Positions 1 to 8,294 of a stretch of 21,677 nucleotides of DNA are shown here, one piece after another. How positions within the stretch are numbered: position 1 is the stretch's first letter; the number at the start of each line of letters is the position of its first letter. The notes beneath the pieces are model-generated. The model was not told the DNA's origin, did not search any database, and worked only from the letters and a program-made list of their open reading frames with translations. Position numbers and translations under genes: made by a program. The stretch comes from Candidatus Woesearchaeota archaeon. GTDB lineage: Archaea; Nanobdellota; Nanobdellia; Woesearchaeales; JAAOYA01. Where the stretch lies: assembly GCA_018221105.1 (NCBI GenBank), contig JAAOYA010000010.1, forward strand, positions 124,001-145,677, written 5' to 3'.

Positions 1-7
1 TTGGTTA

Positions 8-1153
8 TTAAGCAACAATATTAAACCAGTCTTTATATTTTTTATAATATTCTTTAATTTCTGCGTCAAATAAATGCAAATTTCCCTTAAGATTAATTTC
101 TAAGTCTTGTTTGAAATAATCAATAAAATTATTCATGATAAATTCGATACATTTTTCTAGATTATCAATATGACACACAATTATTGATTGACTCCAACGT
201 CCACTTAATGTTTTAGGAAATCTCTCAGGTTCTTTTGGTTTGTGCTGATAAATAAAATAATTAACCTTTTTCAAATTTTTGATTTTAATCTCATCCTCTT
301 TTAACCCGCCAACTTCTTTGGTTTTTTTATTATCAAAACCTGTCTCTGTCTTTTTTACTTCGTAATCAATAGTCAGTATTTCTCTGTTTGTTACAACAAT
401 GGGTATTATTGATTGAACAATAAAATAAAGGTTGTTCAGTTCTTTACGATAATCTTTTTCGCGAATATAAGCAGTTGTAGTAAAATATTCAGTCATATTT
501 CTTAAAAATTTATACATTGTTTCTAAATGACTGAACGCCTTATCATAATTATACTCTACTGCTGGTAAAACTTGTTCTTCACAAAAGGTAAACAGACTAT
601 CTTCTTTTCCATCTCTTGCTTTTACTTGTTCTGGATTAATTATTTTAGTATTTTCTAGAACTGTAACTCTATCCGATACAATAATTCCTTCAGTATTAAT
701 ATTATTTTGAAAAGCGAAAAAAGTGAGAGCGTTTGCTTGTTTTAGTAAAGGCAAAAATATTTGACCATTTATAGTTACAGGAATTGAAATTAACTCTTGT
801 CTTGTAAGACTTTTATCAAGGGGTTGTGTAACAAAGAAATATCTATCATCTCTACTTGAATACTTACATTCTCCAATAAAAGCAGTGTTAAATGAACTAT
901 TAAAGTTTTCTATGTCCGTTTTTACAGAAATTTCTTTAAAAGCATTTATATCAATCTCTTTAGTAATATCTTTATCATTCCTCTTTTCAGTATAATGAGT
1001 ATGATAATGACTAAAATCAAATTTTGAGAATATTAATCTTGCTTGTTCTTCTAATAAAATGCCAGAATCTATTATTCCCTTTTCAAGCTTGGTTCGAAAT
1101 TTTTTATCGTTTCTGAAATTCTCTATTAATTTATCAGCTGTAATACTTAACAC
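8..1153 (-). CDS. PD-(D/E)XK restriction-endonuclease-like protein, candidate defence gene
   Basis: 381-aa ORF with GTG start; N-terminal SGILLEEQ helix, then EIDINA and FIGECKYS, matching the E...D...ExK nuclease core. Confidence 0.65.
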   Translation of the reverse strand: MLSITADKLIENFRNDKKFRTKLEKGIIDSGILLEEQARLIFSKFDFSHYHTHYTEKRNDKDITKEIDINAFKEISVKTDIENFNSSFNTAFIGECKYSSRDDRYFFVTQPLDKSLTRQELISIPVTINGQIFLPLLKQANALTFFAFQNNINTEGIIVSDRVTVLENTKIINPEQVKARDGKEDSLFTFCEEQVLPAVEYNYDKAFSHLETMYKFLRNMTEYFTTTAYIREKDYRKELNNLYFIVQSIIPIVVTNREILTIDYEVKKTETGFDNKKTKEVGGLKEDEIKIKNLKKVNYFIYQHKPKEPERFPKTLSGRWSQSIIVCHIDNLEKCIEFIMNNFIDYFKQDLEINLKGNLHLFDAEIKEYYKKYKDWFNIVA

Positions 1154-1239
1154 CCCATTATTTTAGATTATTAGGAAATATTTAACTTTATTGCCTTTCT
1201 AGTCTATTTGAAAACTAAATTGTCCAACTTCGCATATAA

Positions 1240-3033
1240 TTAATTAATAAACCTGAACAAGTCTATATCTGAAAAATTAAATTTCTTAAACCCATTTCTA
1301 TTAAATTGTATTAGAATTTCATTAAAAAGACTTTTTAAATCTAAAACTGTTATATCTAAAGAAGAAAATTTAGAATTTAAAATATTGAAAAAATCCTTAA
1401 TGTCATTAAGTTCTTGCATATTGCTCAACATATTAATACAATAATAAATTTTTTTGACTCCTTTTTGATTCACATAATCAAGTTCTTTATAGATTTTTCT
1501 TTTTTCATTTCTTGATATTTTAGCATTTTTTATGAAAACTGCTAAAGGGTCTTTTGATAAATCATAATATACGTCAATATCAGGACAGTCTTTCTCTTTT
1601 TTATTTAGTCTATGATTTCTCATGATTTTATCATGGGATGTATCAGTGGTTTTTTCTAAAAGAGGTTTTATTTTTTTATCAACTTCTCCTTTAATTTTAA
1701 GATTTGTCATATCTAACAATAATTCATGTACTAAATATTCTGATATTTGACCACTAAAAGTTCTAGTGATTATTTGTAATTGGTAATTTGTAAGTTTTTC
1801 ATCATGTTTATATTTGAAGATTAATCTAGATTGTCTTATCTTATCTAACACTCCTGAAGCAATATTTTTTATTTTCTTTTGATTGGAATCCCTAGCCAAT
1901 TTGACTAATTCAAATTCTATTAGAATTATTTTAAGGAAGGATTTAAGCATTAGCATTTCTGATGAAAAATAATCTAACTGTGATTTGTTTATATGTTTCT
2001 TTTCCACGAACACAATATTTACAAGATATGTGTGAAGTTTATCAATATGTCTTAACGCAGAAAAAAAATCAAAAGTAACATATAATGAATGTAAATAATC
2101 AGAGTATAAAGTATCAATTATTGTACCTACTAGTCTTTCTTCAAGTATTTTTTTTTGATTTGGTGTAGAAGTTATAGATAACAATTTTTCGTATACTCTT
2201 TTTGCTTCTTGACTAGATGAACGCAAAGCTCTTGTTAAATCATTTACAGAAGTTAAGTAATTTTCATTGCCACTTTGTTCATAATTATTTAGATAAAAAT
2301 AAAGTTTAAATTTGTAATTTCTATAAAGAAGATTAAAAATCAAACCTAAATTATAAGTCATCTTCTCAGGAAAATTTAATGCTAAATCTTTAAGTAGTAG
2401 TAAATGCTTTTCAACTGAATTAAGTATGTCTAAATCTTCTTCTTCATACACAGTTTTTCCTACTACGTGTTTGTAAGTTTTATGAAGATAAATTCCTAAA
2501 ATCGAGTCAAAAATCACATAAAATCTCCCATCTAAATTATTACCAATATCTCTAATATGGTTATACATCTTCGAAAATTGGTCAATGTGGCTTTCTCTAA
2601 ATACTAATTTCTTTGAATCTTTTTCTGCAAGTCTAATACACAAAGAATGATAGTATCTTGACATTATATCTAAAGAACCTTCAGAATAAGTTCTTATTTT
2701 CATTCTAGCTAATAAAAACTGTAAAGCTGTAATAAAATTATGAAAAGCTATTTCATAATTTTTTTCTAAAAAAAACATGGCAGTTCTTGAATAAAAATTA
2801 TGGGAAATATGATAAAGATTTAGGGTTGTATTTGATTGTTCATATATATTTTTAACTTTTTCGAACTCTTCTTTCATAGAATCATAAAGACTACTAGGGA
2901 TTGGTTTATCAGTTTTAAGAAAATTGTTAATTTGTTCAAAGTATTCATTTAATTTTTTCTCTGTTACGAAAGGGTTTGGTGGTTGAGGATTTATTCTTAA
3001 CCCCTCTTCTACGGAACGGATTACCATTTTCAT
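1240..3033 (-). CDS. Large helical protein with a C-terminal PD-(D/E)XK-like domain
   Basis: 597-aa ORF; helical, TPR-like N-terminal region; C-terminal GQISEYLV...CPDIDVYY...AVFIKN resembles an REase fold with a degenerate ExK. Confidence 0.5.
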   Translation of the reverse strand: MKMVIRSVEEGLRINPQPPNPFVTEKKLNEYFEQINNFLKTDKPIPSSLYDSMKEEFEKVKNIYEQSNTTLNLYHISHNFYSRTAMFFLEKNYEIAFHNFITALQFLLARMKIRTYSEGSLDIMSRYYHSLCIRLAEKDSKKLVFRESHIDQFSKMYNHIRDIGNNLDGRFYVIFDSILGIYLHKTYKHVVGKTVYEEEDLDILNSVEKHLLLLKDLALNFPEKMTYNLGLIFNLLYRNYKFKLYFYLNNYEQSGNENYLTSVNDLTRALRSSSQEAKRVYEKLLSITSTPNQKKILEERLVGTIIDTLYSDYLHSLYVTFDFFSALRHIDKLHTYLVNIVFVEKKHINKSQLDYFSSEMLMLKSFLKIILIEFELVKLARDSNQKKIKNIASGVLDKIRQSRLIFKYKHDEKLTNYQLQIITRTFSGQISEYLVHELLLDMTNLKIKGEVDKKIKPLLEKTTDTSHDKIMRNHRLNKKEKDCPDIDVYYDLSKDPLAVFIKNAKISRNEKRKIYKELDYVNQKGVKKIYYCINMLSNMQELNDIKDFFNILNSKFSSLDITVLDLKSLFNEILIQFNRNGFKKFNFSDIDLFRFIN

Positions 3034-3156
3034 ATGTTTTTAATTAGGTTATGTAAAAATCTTATGGTATAAATTCAAAAATTCTTCTTCAAAACTCGCT
3101 TTAGTTTCCTAATTCAGCCTAAAACCCTTAAATTCGGACATTTCAGCCGTTTTTGA

Positions 3157-3174
3157 CCGAAAGTTTTATAAATA
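3157..3174 (+). promoter_or_regulatory. Archaeal BRE + TATA promoter for the 3314 gene
   Basis: CCGAAAG followed by TTTTATAAATA; expected TSS near 3195-3200. Confidence 0.55.
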
Positions 3175-3198
3175 AAAACCCCTCAATTCTTTATAAAT

Positions 3199-3285
3199 AG
3201 GGGTCTCGAGGCACTAAACCCGCTCTGCTAAATTCTCTTAAAACCGAGCAAGAAATTAGCGTGAGCTATACACTCGGCGACTCCT
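3199..3285 (+). ncRNA. Putative structured 5' leader or cis-regulatory RNA (long imperfect hairpin)
   Basis: Nested pairings: AGGGGUC/GACUCCU, UCGAG/CUCGG, GCUC/GAGC, GCUAA-UUCU/AGAA-UUAGC; begins at the predicted TSS. Confidence 0.45.
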
Positions 3286-3313
3286 TCTAAAAGAAAAGCA
3301 AACGGAGGTAAAA

Positions 3314-3928
3314 ATGAGTACCAAAACAAAAAAACAAAGTGATAGCTCTAAACTAGCGACAATAGAACTTCCTGGCAAGATAGGTTTCGGAAGAAACTTT
3401 TGGGAAGTTATCGACACTATAGATAGCGACACAGTGATTTACGCAAAACAAGGTCGGGGCGACGAGGAAATGCTAATGACAGTTGACCAATTAAAGAATA
3501 CCGACCCGCAACTAAAAATAGAAGCTACAGAGACTAGAACAGTGTTAAAGTTTAGCGAGTCTTTCGATTTCAAGTTCATAGTCTTGAGTCGAAAACCTAT
3601 GGAAATGATAGAGAGGGACAAGCGACGAGTAAGAGATGTCATCGGAGCGATTGTTGACGGTTTTAACACTGGCGACGAATACAACGACAAGGACTTTGAC
3701 CAGAAAGTTTCGGAGTTTCCGAGAGTGGTCAAGTACTACACTGATAACAACGAAGAACACTGGGTTAGTGACAATAAAGAGCTGTGGATTAGAGAAGACT
3801 TGTTTAAGGGGTTTTACGACCTTCTTAAAACCGTTATTGTCGCTTACACAGAGCTATCGAATGGCGAAAAATACGACCCTCTGAAGTATTTAGAACGATT
3901 AGAAACAGTTCTACCTTATATAATTTAA
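3314..3928 (+). CDS. Hypothetical protein, 204 aa, probable element backbone gene
   Basis: ORF with strong SD GGAGGT (3304-3309); visibly more GC-rich than its neighbours; no recognised motif. Confidence 0.75.
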   Translation: MSTKTKKQSDSSKLATIELPGKIGFGRNFWEVIDTIDSDTVIYAKQGRGDEEMLMTVDQLKNTDPQLKIEATETRTVLKFSESFDFKFIVLSRKPMEMIERDKRRVRDVIGAIVDGFNTGDEYNDKDFDQKVSEFPRVVKYYTDNNEEHWVSDNKELWIREDLFKGFYDLLKTVIVAYTELSNGEKYDPLKYLERLETVLPYII

Positions 3929-4001
3929 GGGGTCTAAAAAAGCTATCAGATAAAAGAAATAGGAATAAGTAAATATTAATAGGGGAACTAAACCAAATGG
4001 A

Positions 4002-4018
4002 GATTCTCGCCGGGGGCT
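4002..4018 (+). repeat. tRNA 3'-end copy 1 (attR-like); tRNA-Thr or tRNA-Cys type
   Basis: GATT (end of T-loop) + CTCGC (T-stem) + CGGGGGC (acceptor strand) + T (U73). Confidence 0.75.
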
Positions 4019-4040
4019 TAAATTTTTATTGACGAGAAGT

Positions 4041-4505
4041 TTATTTACTAGCGTATCGTATAACATAAATACTTAAAGCAAGCAAAACACCAAACACTCC
4101 ACTTCTTATATAATTAATTTCTCCTCCTGTTAGAGGTAGAGTCATGATAAATGCAACCCCAAATATTACTGCCATGAAAATACTAAAAAACTTTAGATTC
4201 TTTTTTGATGACTCGCTGATCTTTGAAGATTGCTCAGAATTTAAATTTTGATCGCTTTGCTTATATATTTTAAAATAGTAAATCAGTCCGCCTAATCCGC
4301 CTAAAAATAATGTTGTTCCAACATAAATTGTTGGCATGTTTCTTTTTTTAACATCAGCAAATACAAAATAAGTTAAGACAATCCAAATAACTATTAATGA
4401 ATAAAATAATATTCCTTTTGGGGTGTATGACAAGGAAACAAAGTTATAAACAATAGTCATAATTAATGAAATAATACTTGTTATTAATATTAAATTCTTA
4501 CCCAT
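4041..4505 (-). CDS. Multi-pass membrane protein, 154 aa
   Basis: About 5 hydrophobic segments; LFLGGLGGLIYYF motif resembles PLDc_N-type small membrane domains. Confidence 0.75.
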   Translation of the reverse strand: MGKNLILITSIISLIMTIVYNFVSLSYTPKGILFYSLIVIWIVLTYFVFADVKKRNMPTIYVGTTLFLGGLGGLIYYFKIYKQSDQNLNSEQSSKISESSKKNLKFFSIFMAVIFGVAFIMTLPLTGGEINYIRSGVFGVLLALSIYVIRYASK

Positions 4506-4514
4506 TGTTAAACT

Positions 4515-4928
4515 CTAATAAGCCCTCGCAGTTTTACAATAATCATTTAAGCTCTCACTTTGAATTTTAGCACAATACTCAATATTACCTGTACTTATCG
4601 CAAGCACTTTATTGCAGTTATCGATAAAGTCTTGTGAAGAACTATCATCACATTTGGAATAATCAAGTTGATTTTTAAAAATAATACCTCCATAACAAGT
4701 TCCCCTATGCCTTTCCTGAATAATTTTTTCACAAACTGATAAATCTAATACCTTGCTAGAAGCTGCTAAATAACAACTGTCCCTCTCACTCTCGTCATTT
4801 ATTGCTTTACACCTGCTAAGTAAGTCCGAAGCTTCCTTTTCTTCGGCAGTTTGGCAGGAAGTCAAAAAAAGAACCAATATTACGGCCATAATCAAGAATA
4901 ATAGCTTAGTGCGATTGTTATTGCTCAT
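4515..4928 (-). CDS. Cys-rich predicted lipoprotein, 137 aa
   Basis: Signal peptide with lipobox LTSC; repeated C..I.....(R)..CY-type units; TATA-like TTTTAAATA about 25 nt upstream. Confidence 0.8.
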   Translation of the reverse strand: MSNNNRTKLLFLIMAVILVLFLTSCQTAEEKEASDLLSRCKAINDESERDSCYLAASSKVLDLSVCEKIIQERHRGTCYGGIIFKNQLDYSKCDDSSSQDFIDNCNKVLAISTGNIEYCAKIQSESLNDYCKTARAY

Positions 4929-5000
4929 GTAAATATTCTTCTATAGCACCTATTTAAAATTATCGATATTTTTAATGTCTTTATATGTTAGCTGTAATAG

Positions 5001-5044
5001 TTTTCCCTTTTCATGTCACTTTTTTAAAAGCTCGCCGGGGGCTC
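5001..5044 (+). repeat. Cassette end A: 25-bp arm + 5-nt spacer + tRNA 3'-end copy 2
   Basis: TTTTCCCTTTTCATGTCACTTTTTT-AAAAG-CTCGCCGGGGGCTC; 39 of 44 positions identical to 5390-5433. Confidence 0.9.
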
Positions 5045-5101
5045 GTATTTCTAAGCACGATAAAACAAAAGTTTAAGTAGTAGTTATTAGACAACTATAT
5101 T

Positions 5102-5383
5102 ATGAAACGAGCATTTTTAACCATCTTAAGCATCACATTATTGTTTAGTTTAGTTGGTTGCGATAGTAGTCTAAAAGTTCAATGCTGTCAAGAATGTATA
5201 GATGCAGCAAATGAGCAAATTCCTAATATGGATCTTGAAGGTCGAAATACTGATAACTTAAACTGTTATGCTTTTATAGATTATAACTCCGATCAATGTG
5301 CAGAATACTTTACTGAAAAGTTTAATCCTGAAGGCAAAACACACAATTCTATAAGCTTAGGAGAATGTAAAGCAACTAGTTAA
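5102..5383 (+). CDS. Small Cys-rich predicted lipoprotein, 93 aa
   Basis: MKR + hydrophobic stretch + LVGC lipobox; six further Cys; own TATA-like TTTAAGTA about 25 nt upstream. Confidence 0.8.
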   Translation: MKRAFLTILSITLLFSLVGCDSSLKVQCCQECIDAANEQIPNMDLEGRNTDNLNCYAFIDYNSDQCAEYFTEKFNPEGKTHNSISLGECKATS

Positions 5384-5389
5384 TATTCT

Positions 5390-5435
5390 TTTTCCCTTTT
5401 CATGTCACTTTTTTGTTTTCTCGCCGGGGGCTCCA
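5390..5435 (+). repeat. Cassette end B: 25-bp arm + 5-nt spacer + tRNA 3'-end copy 3 with CCA (likely the original chromosomal 3' end)
   Basis: TTTTCCCTTTTCATGTCACTTTTTT-GTTTT-CTCGCCGGGGGCT-CCA. Confidence 0.9.
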
Positions 5436-5436
5436 C

Positions 5437-5444
5437 TTTTTTTT
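5437..5444 (+). terminator. Oligo-T tract, probable original tRNA terminator
   Basis: T8 run starting 2 nt after the CCA. Confidence 0.45.
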
Positions 5445-5501
5445 GGTAAGATTTTTAAAGCAGTCATGGTATTGTTATCTAAAAGAGGTTTTTAGTGGTT
5501 T

Positions 5502-8252
5502 ATGGCAGAGCCCACGAAATGGTATAAGTTAGAGGTAAAGAGTGTTCTTGAAAGGTTGAAGTCTTTTGAGGCTGGTCTTTCTAAGGTTGAGGCTAGGAAT
5601 CGTTTAGCACAATATGGTCCTAATAGTTTGGAGAAGGCTCATCCTACTAGTGCTTTTAAGATTCTTATGGATCAATTGAGAAATTTTATAATTTATGTTT
5701 TATTGTTGGCTGCTATTCTCACTTTTATTTCTGATAATACTATTGAGTTTTATGTTATTTCAAGCATTATATTATTTGTCGTCGGGTTGGGTTTTTTTCA
5801 GGAGTTCAGAGCGAGAAAGAGTTTAGATTCTTTGAAAAGTTTGGGCACTGCCAAGGCCACTGTTTTTCGTGATGGCACAAAATTTTTGATTGACGCGAAA
5901 AAACTTATTCCTGGCGACATTATTTTTTTAGAAGAAGGCATTAAGGTTCCTGCTGACGCAAGATTGATTGAGGTTGGTGGTTTGAAAGTTGACGAGTCAA
6001 CATTGACTGGTGAGAGTTCTACTGTTGCAAAGAGCAATTTGGTGCTTGATGGTGATCAGGTTTTAGCTGAACAGTCTAACATGATTTTTAGTGGTACTTT
6101 GGTTGTTGGTGGCAATGCAAAGGCTGTTGTTGTCGAGACTGGTATTCGCTCTGAGGTTGGCCATATTAGTAAGTTGATGGCTAGTATTCACGAGGTTAAA
6201 ACTCCATTGCAAAAAAAGATTGATGTCATGAGTAAAAATATTACTTTTGTTGTTTTTGGCATTTGTCTTTTATTGTTTGGTGTTAGTTTGTTGCAGCGCT
6301 GGCCTGTTGAAACTATTGATATTTTTGATAGTTTAATTTTGGTTATTGCTGTTGCTGTTAGTGGCATTCCTGAGAGTTTTCCGGCAGTTATTACTGTGGC
6401 GCTTGCTAGTGGTGTTAATAAGATGGCACGCCAAAAAGTTATTATTAAACGTTTGCCTGCTGTTGAAACTCTTGGAAGTGTTAACGTTATTTGTTCTGAT
6501 AAGACTGGTACTTTGACTCGTAATTTGCTTGCCGCTAAAAAAATTTTTGTTGATTTGAATGTTGTTGATGTTTCAATTAATGATTATAATCCTATTGGAA
6601 CTTTTAATATTAATGAGGATAAGGTTGACCCTTTGATTACTGGTTCTTTGGAGACTTTGTGCGAGATTGTGATGGTTTGCAATAATTCTCATACTAAACA
6701 AGAAGATGAGAATTGGGTTTTGCATGGTGATCCTACTGATGGTGCTTTGCTTACTTTAGCAAAGGCAGCTGGCCTAAATCATGAAAACATTAAAAAAAAG
6801 TATCCTCGTGTTAAAGAATTGCCTTTTGATCCTTATCGTAAAATGATGAGCACTGTTAACAAAACCAAAGAGGGTAGTGTTTTGATGGTCAAAGGTAGTT
6901 ATGAGAGTGTTATTGAAAAAAGTAATCGTATACTTATTGAGAATCGTATTGTTAAACTTACTCCTAAAATGAAGCAAGAGTTGTTGCGAGTTCATGATAA
7001 GTTTGCAATTGAATCTTTGCGTGTTCTCGCATTGGCTTACAAGCCTATTGCTAGTGCTGGTTATTCAGAAAATAGTCTTATTTTTGTTGGTTTGGTAGGT
7101 TTAAAGGACTTACCGCGTGATGGTGTAATGAGAGCTATTAGTGATTGTCATAAGGCCGGAATTGATGTTATTATGATTACTGGCGATAATAAAACAACAG
7201 CTCAAAGTATTGGCCAAGAGCTTGGCATTATTCGAAGCGAAGCTGATAAAGTGCTCAGCTCTAAAGAGTTAGAACGATTAACTGAAGAGCAGTTTTTGAC
7301 TGTTATTGATCAAGTGAAGGTTTACGCTCGCACTACTCCTGAGCAAAAATTTCGAATTGTTAAAGCATTGCAAAAAGCTGGCAAGATTGTTGCAATGACA
7401 GGTGACGGTGTCAATGATGCTCCAGCATTGGATCAAGCAGATTGTGGTGTTGCAATGGGATTGAGCGGTACTGATGTTGCGCGTGAAAGCGCCGATATTG
7501 TTATTACTGATGATAATTTTTCAACTATTGTGAGTGCGATAAAAGAAGGTCGCACTATTTACTCTAATATTAGGCGTTTTATTTATTATTTGTTAACGGG
7601 CAATATTACTGAAGTTTTGATTATTGCTACTGCTGTTATGCTTGGTGTTAGCCTGCCACTTACTGCTTTGATGGTATTGTTTATCAATATTGTCACAAGT
7701 GACGTTCCGGCTTTGGCTTTGAGTGTTGAACCGTCGCATGGCGGTGTGATGCGTCAAAAACCTCGCAATCCTAAAGAACCTTTGCTCAATGATTATATTT
7801 TGTTAAAGATTGGTACTTTGGTGCCTGTTTTGATGCTTGGTACTACTAGTCTTTTTATGTGGATGCTTGCTGTTCGCGGTGGTACTTTGTCAGAGGCTAG
7901 GACTGTTGCTTTTGTCACATTGATACTTTTTGAATTATTTCACGCTCTTAACGCTCGTAGTTTGCACCATACTATTTTCAAAAAAGAGTTTTTAACTTCT
8001 AACTCTAAAATATTTTTTGCGATTGGCGTGTCGTTAGTTGCTACTTTGTGGGCTGTTTACTCTCGTTTTGGACAAGATGTTTTTGGCACTGCACCGTTAA
8101 CTCTTGATGTTTGGTTTATTATTTTGGTTGTTTCATCACTGGTTATTTTTGTTGTTGAAATGATTAAATTGTTTGTGAAAAGTGAGATTGTTGAGCGTAA
8201 AAAGCTTGGCATGATTATTGAAACAAAGCATGCTGACTCTGTTAATGCGTGA
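5502..8252 (+). CDS. Cation-transporting P-type ATPase, type II (Ca2+-ATPase-like)
   Basis: TGES, PESFP, DKTGTLT, TGDN and TGDGVNDAPAL motifs; multiple TM segments; SD-like GAGGT upstream. Confidence 0.97.
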   Translation: MAEPTKWYKLEVKSVLERLKSFEAGLSKVEARNRLAQYGPNSLEKAHPTSAFKILMDQLRNFIIYVLLLAAILTFISDNTIEFYVISSIILFVVGLGFFQEFRARKSLDSLKSLGTAKATVFRDGTKFLIDAKKLIPGDIIFLEEGIKVPADARLIEVGGLKVDESTLTGESSTVAKSNLVLDGDQVLAEQSNMIFSGTLVVGGNAKAVVVETGIRSEVGHISKLMASIHEVKTPLQKKIDVMSKNITFVVFGICLLLFGVSLLQRWPVETIDIFDSLILVIAVAVSGIPESFPAVITVALASGVNKMARQKVIIKRLPAVETLGSVNVICSDKTGTLTRNLLAAKKIFVDLNVVDVSINDYNPIGTFNINEDKVDPLITGSLETLCEIVMVCNNSHTKQEDENWVLHGDPTDGALLTLAKAAGLNHENIKKKYPRVKELPFDPYRKMMSTVNKTKEGSVLMVKGSYESVIEKSNRILIENRIVKLTPKMKQELLRVHDKFAIESLRVLALAYKPIASAGYSENSLIFVGLVGLKDLPRDGVMRAISDCHKAGIDVIMITGDNKTTAQSIGQELGIIRSEADKVLSSKELERLTEEQFLTVIDQVKVYARTTPEQKFRIVKALQKAGKIVAMTGDGVNDAPALDQADCGVAMGLSGTDVARESADIVITDDNFSTIVSAIKEGRTIYSNIRRFIYYLLTGNITEVLIIATAVMLGVSLPLTALMVLFINIVTSDVPALALSVEPSHGGVMRQKPRNPKEPLLNDYILLKIGTLVPVLMLGTTSLFMWMLAVRGGTLSEARTVAFVTLILFELFHALNARSLHHTIFKKEFLTSNSKIFFAIGVSLVATLWAVYSRFGQDVFGTAPLTLDVWFIILVVSSLVIFVVEMIKLFVKSEIVERKKLGMIIETKHADSVNA

Positions 8253-8294
8253 TTTTCAAAAGTTTTAAAAACTCTTTTTAGCATTAGCTTTGTT

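Larger units (their letters stand above)
1..4018. mobile_element. Right-hand part of a tRNA-integrated element or genomic island; integrase and attL are not in the window
   Basis: Very AT-rich nuclease-like cargo genes, ending at a tRNA 3'-end copy GATTCTCGCCGGGGGCT (4002-4018) that resembles an attR. Confidence 0.6.

Noticed and set aside
1222..1239. attC or loxP/dif-like site GTCCAACTTCGCATATAA
   Set aside because: Only one arm is visible and no complementary partner lies nearby; kept only as a side note.
3032..3059. dif-like site with TTATGTAAAAA arm
   Set aside because: The left arm and spacer do not fit; likely chance in AT-rich DNA.
4002..5435. CRISPR array interpretation of the three repeats; AGGGGAACTAAACC at 3981 resembling a Cas13 repeat end
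   Set aside because: Spacings are 1025 and 389 bp and contain genes, no cas gene is present, and the core parses as a tRNA 3' end.
5360..5435. Complete tRNA gene ending in CCA
   Set aside because: No 5' acceptor strand, D-arm or anticodon arm upstream; only the 3' fragment is present.
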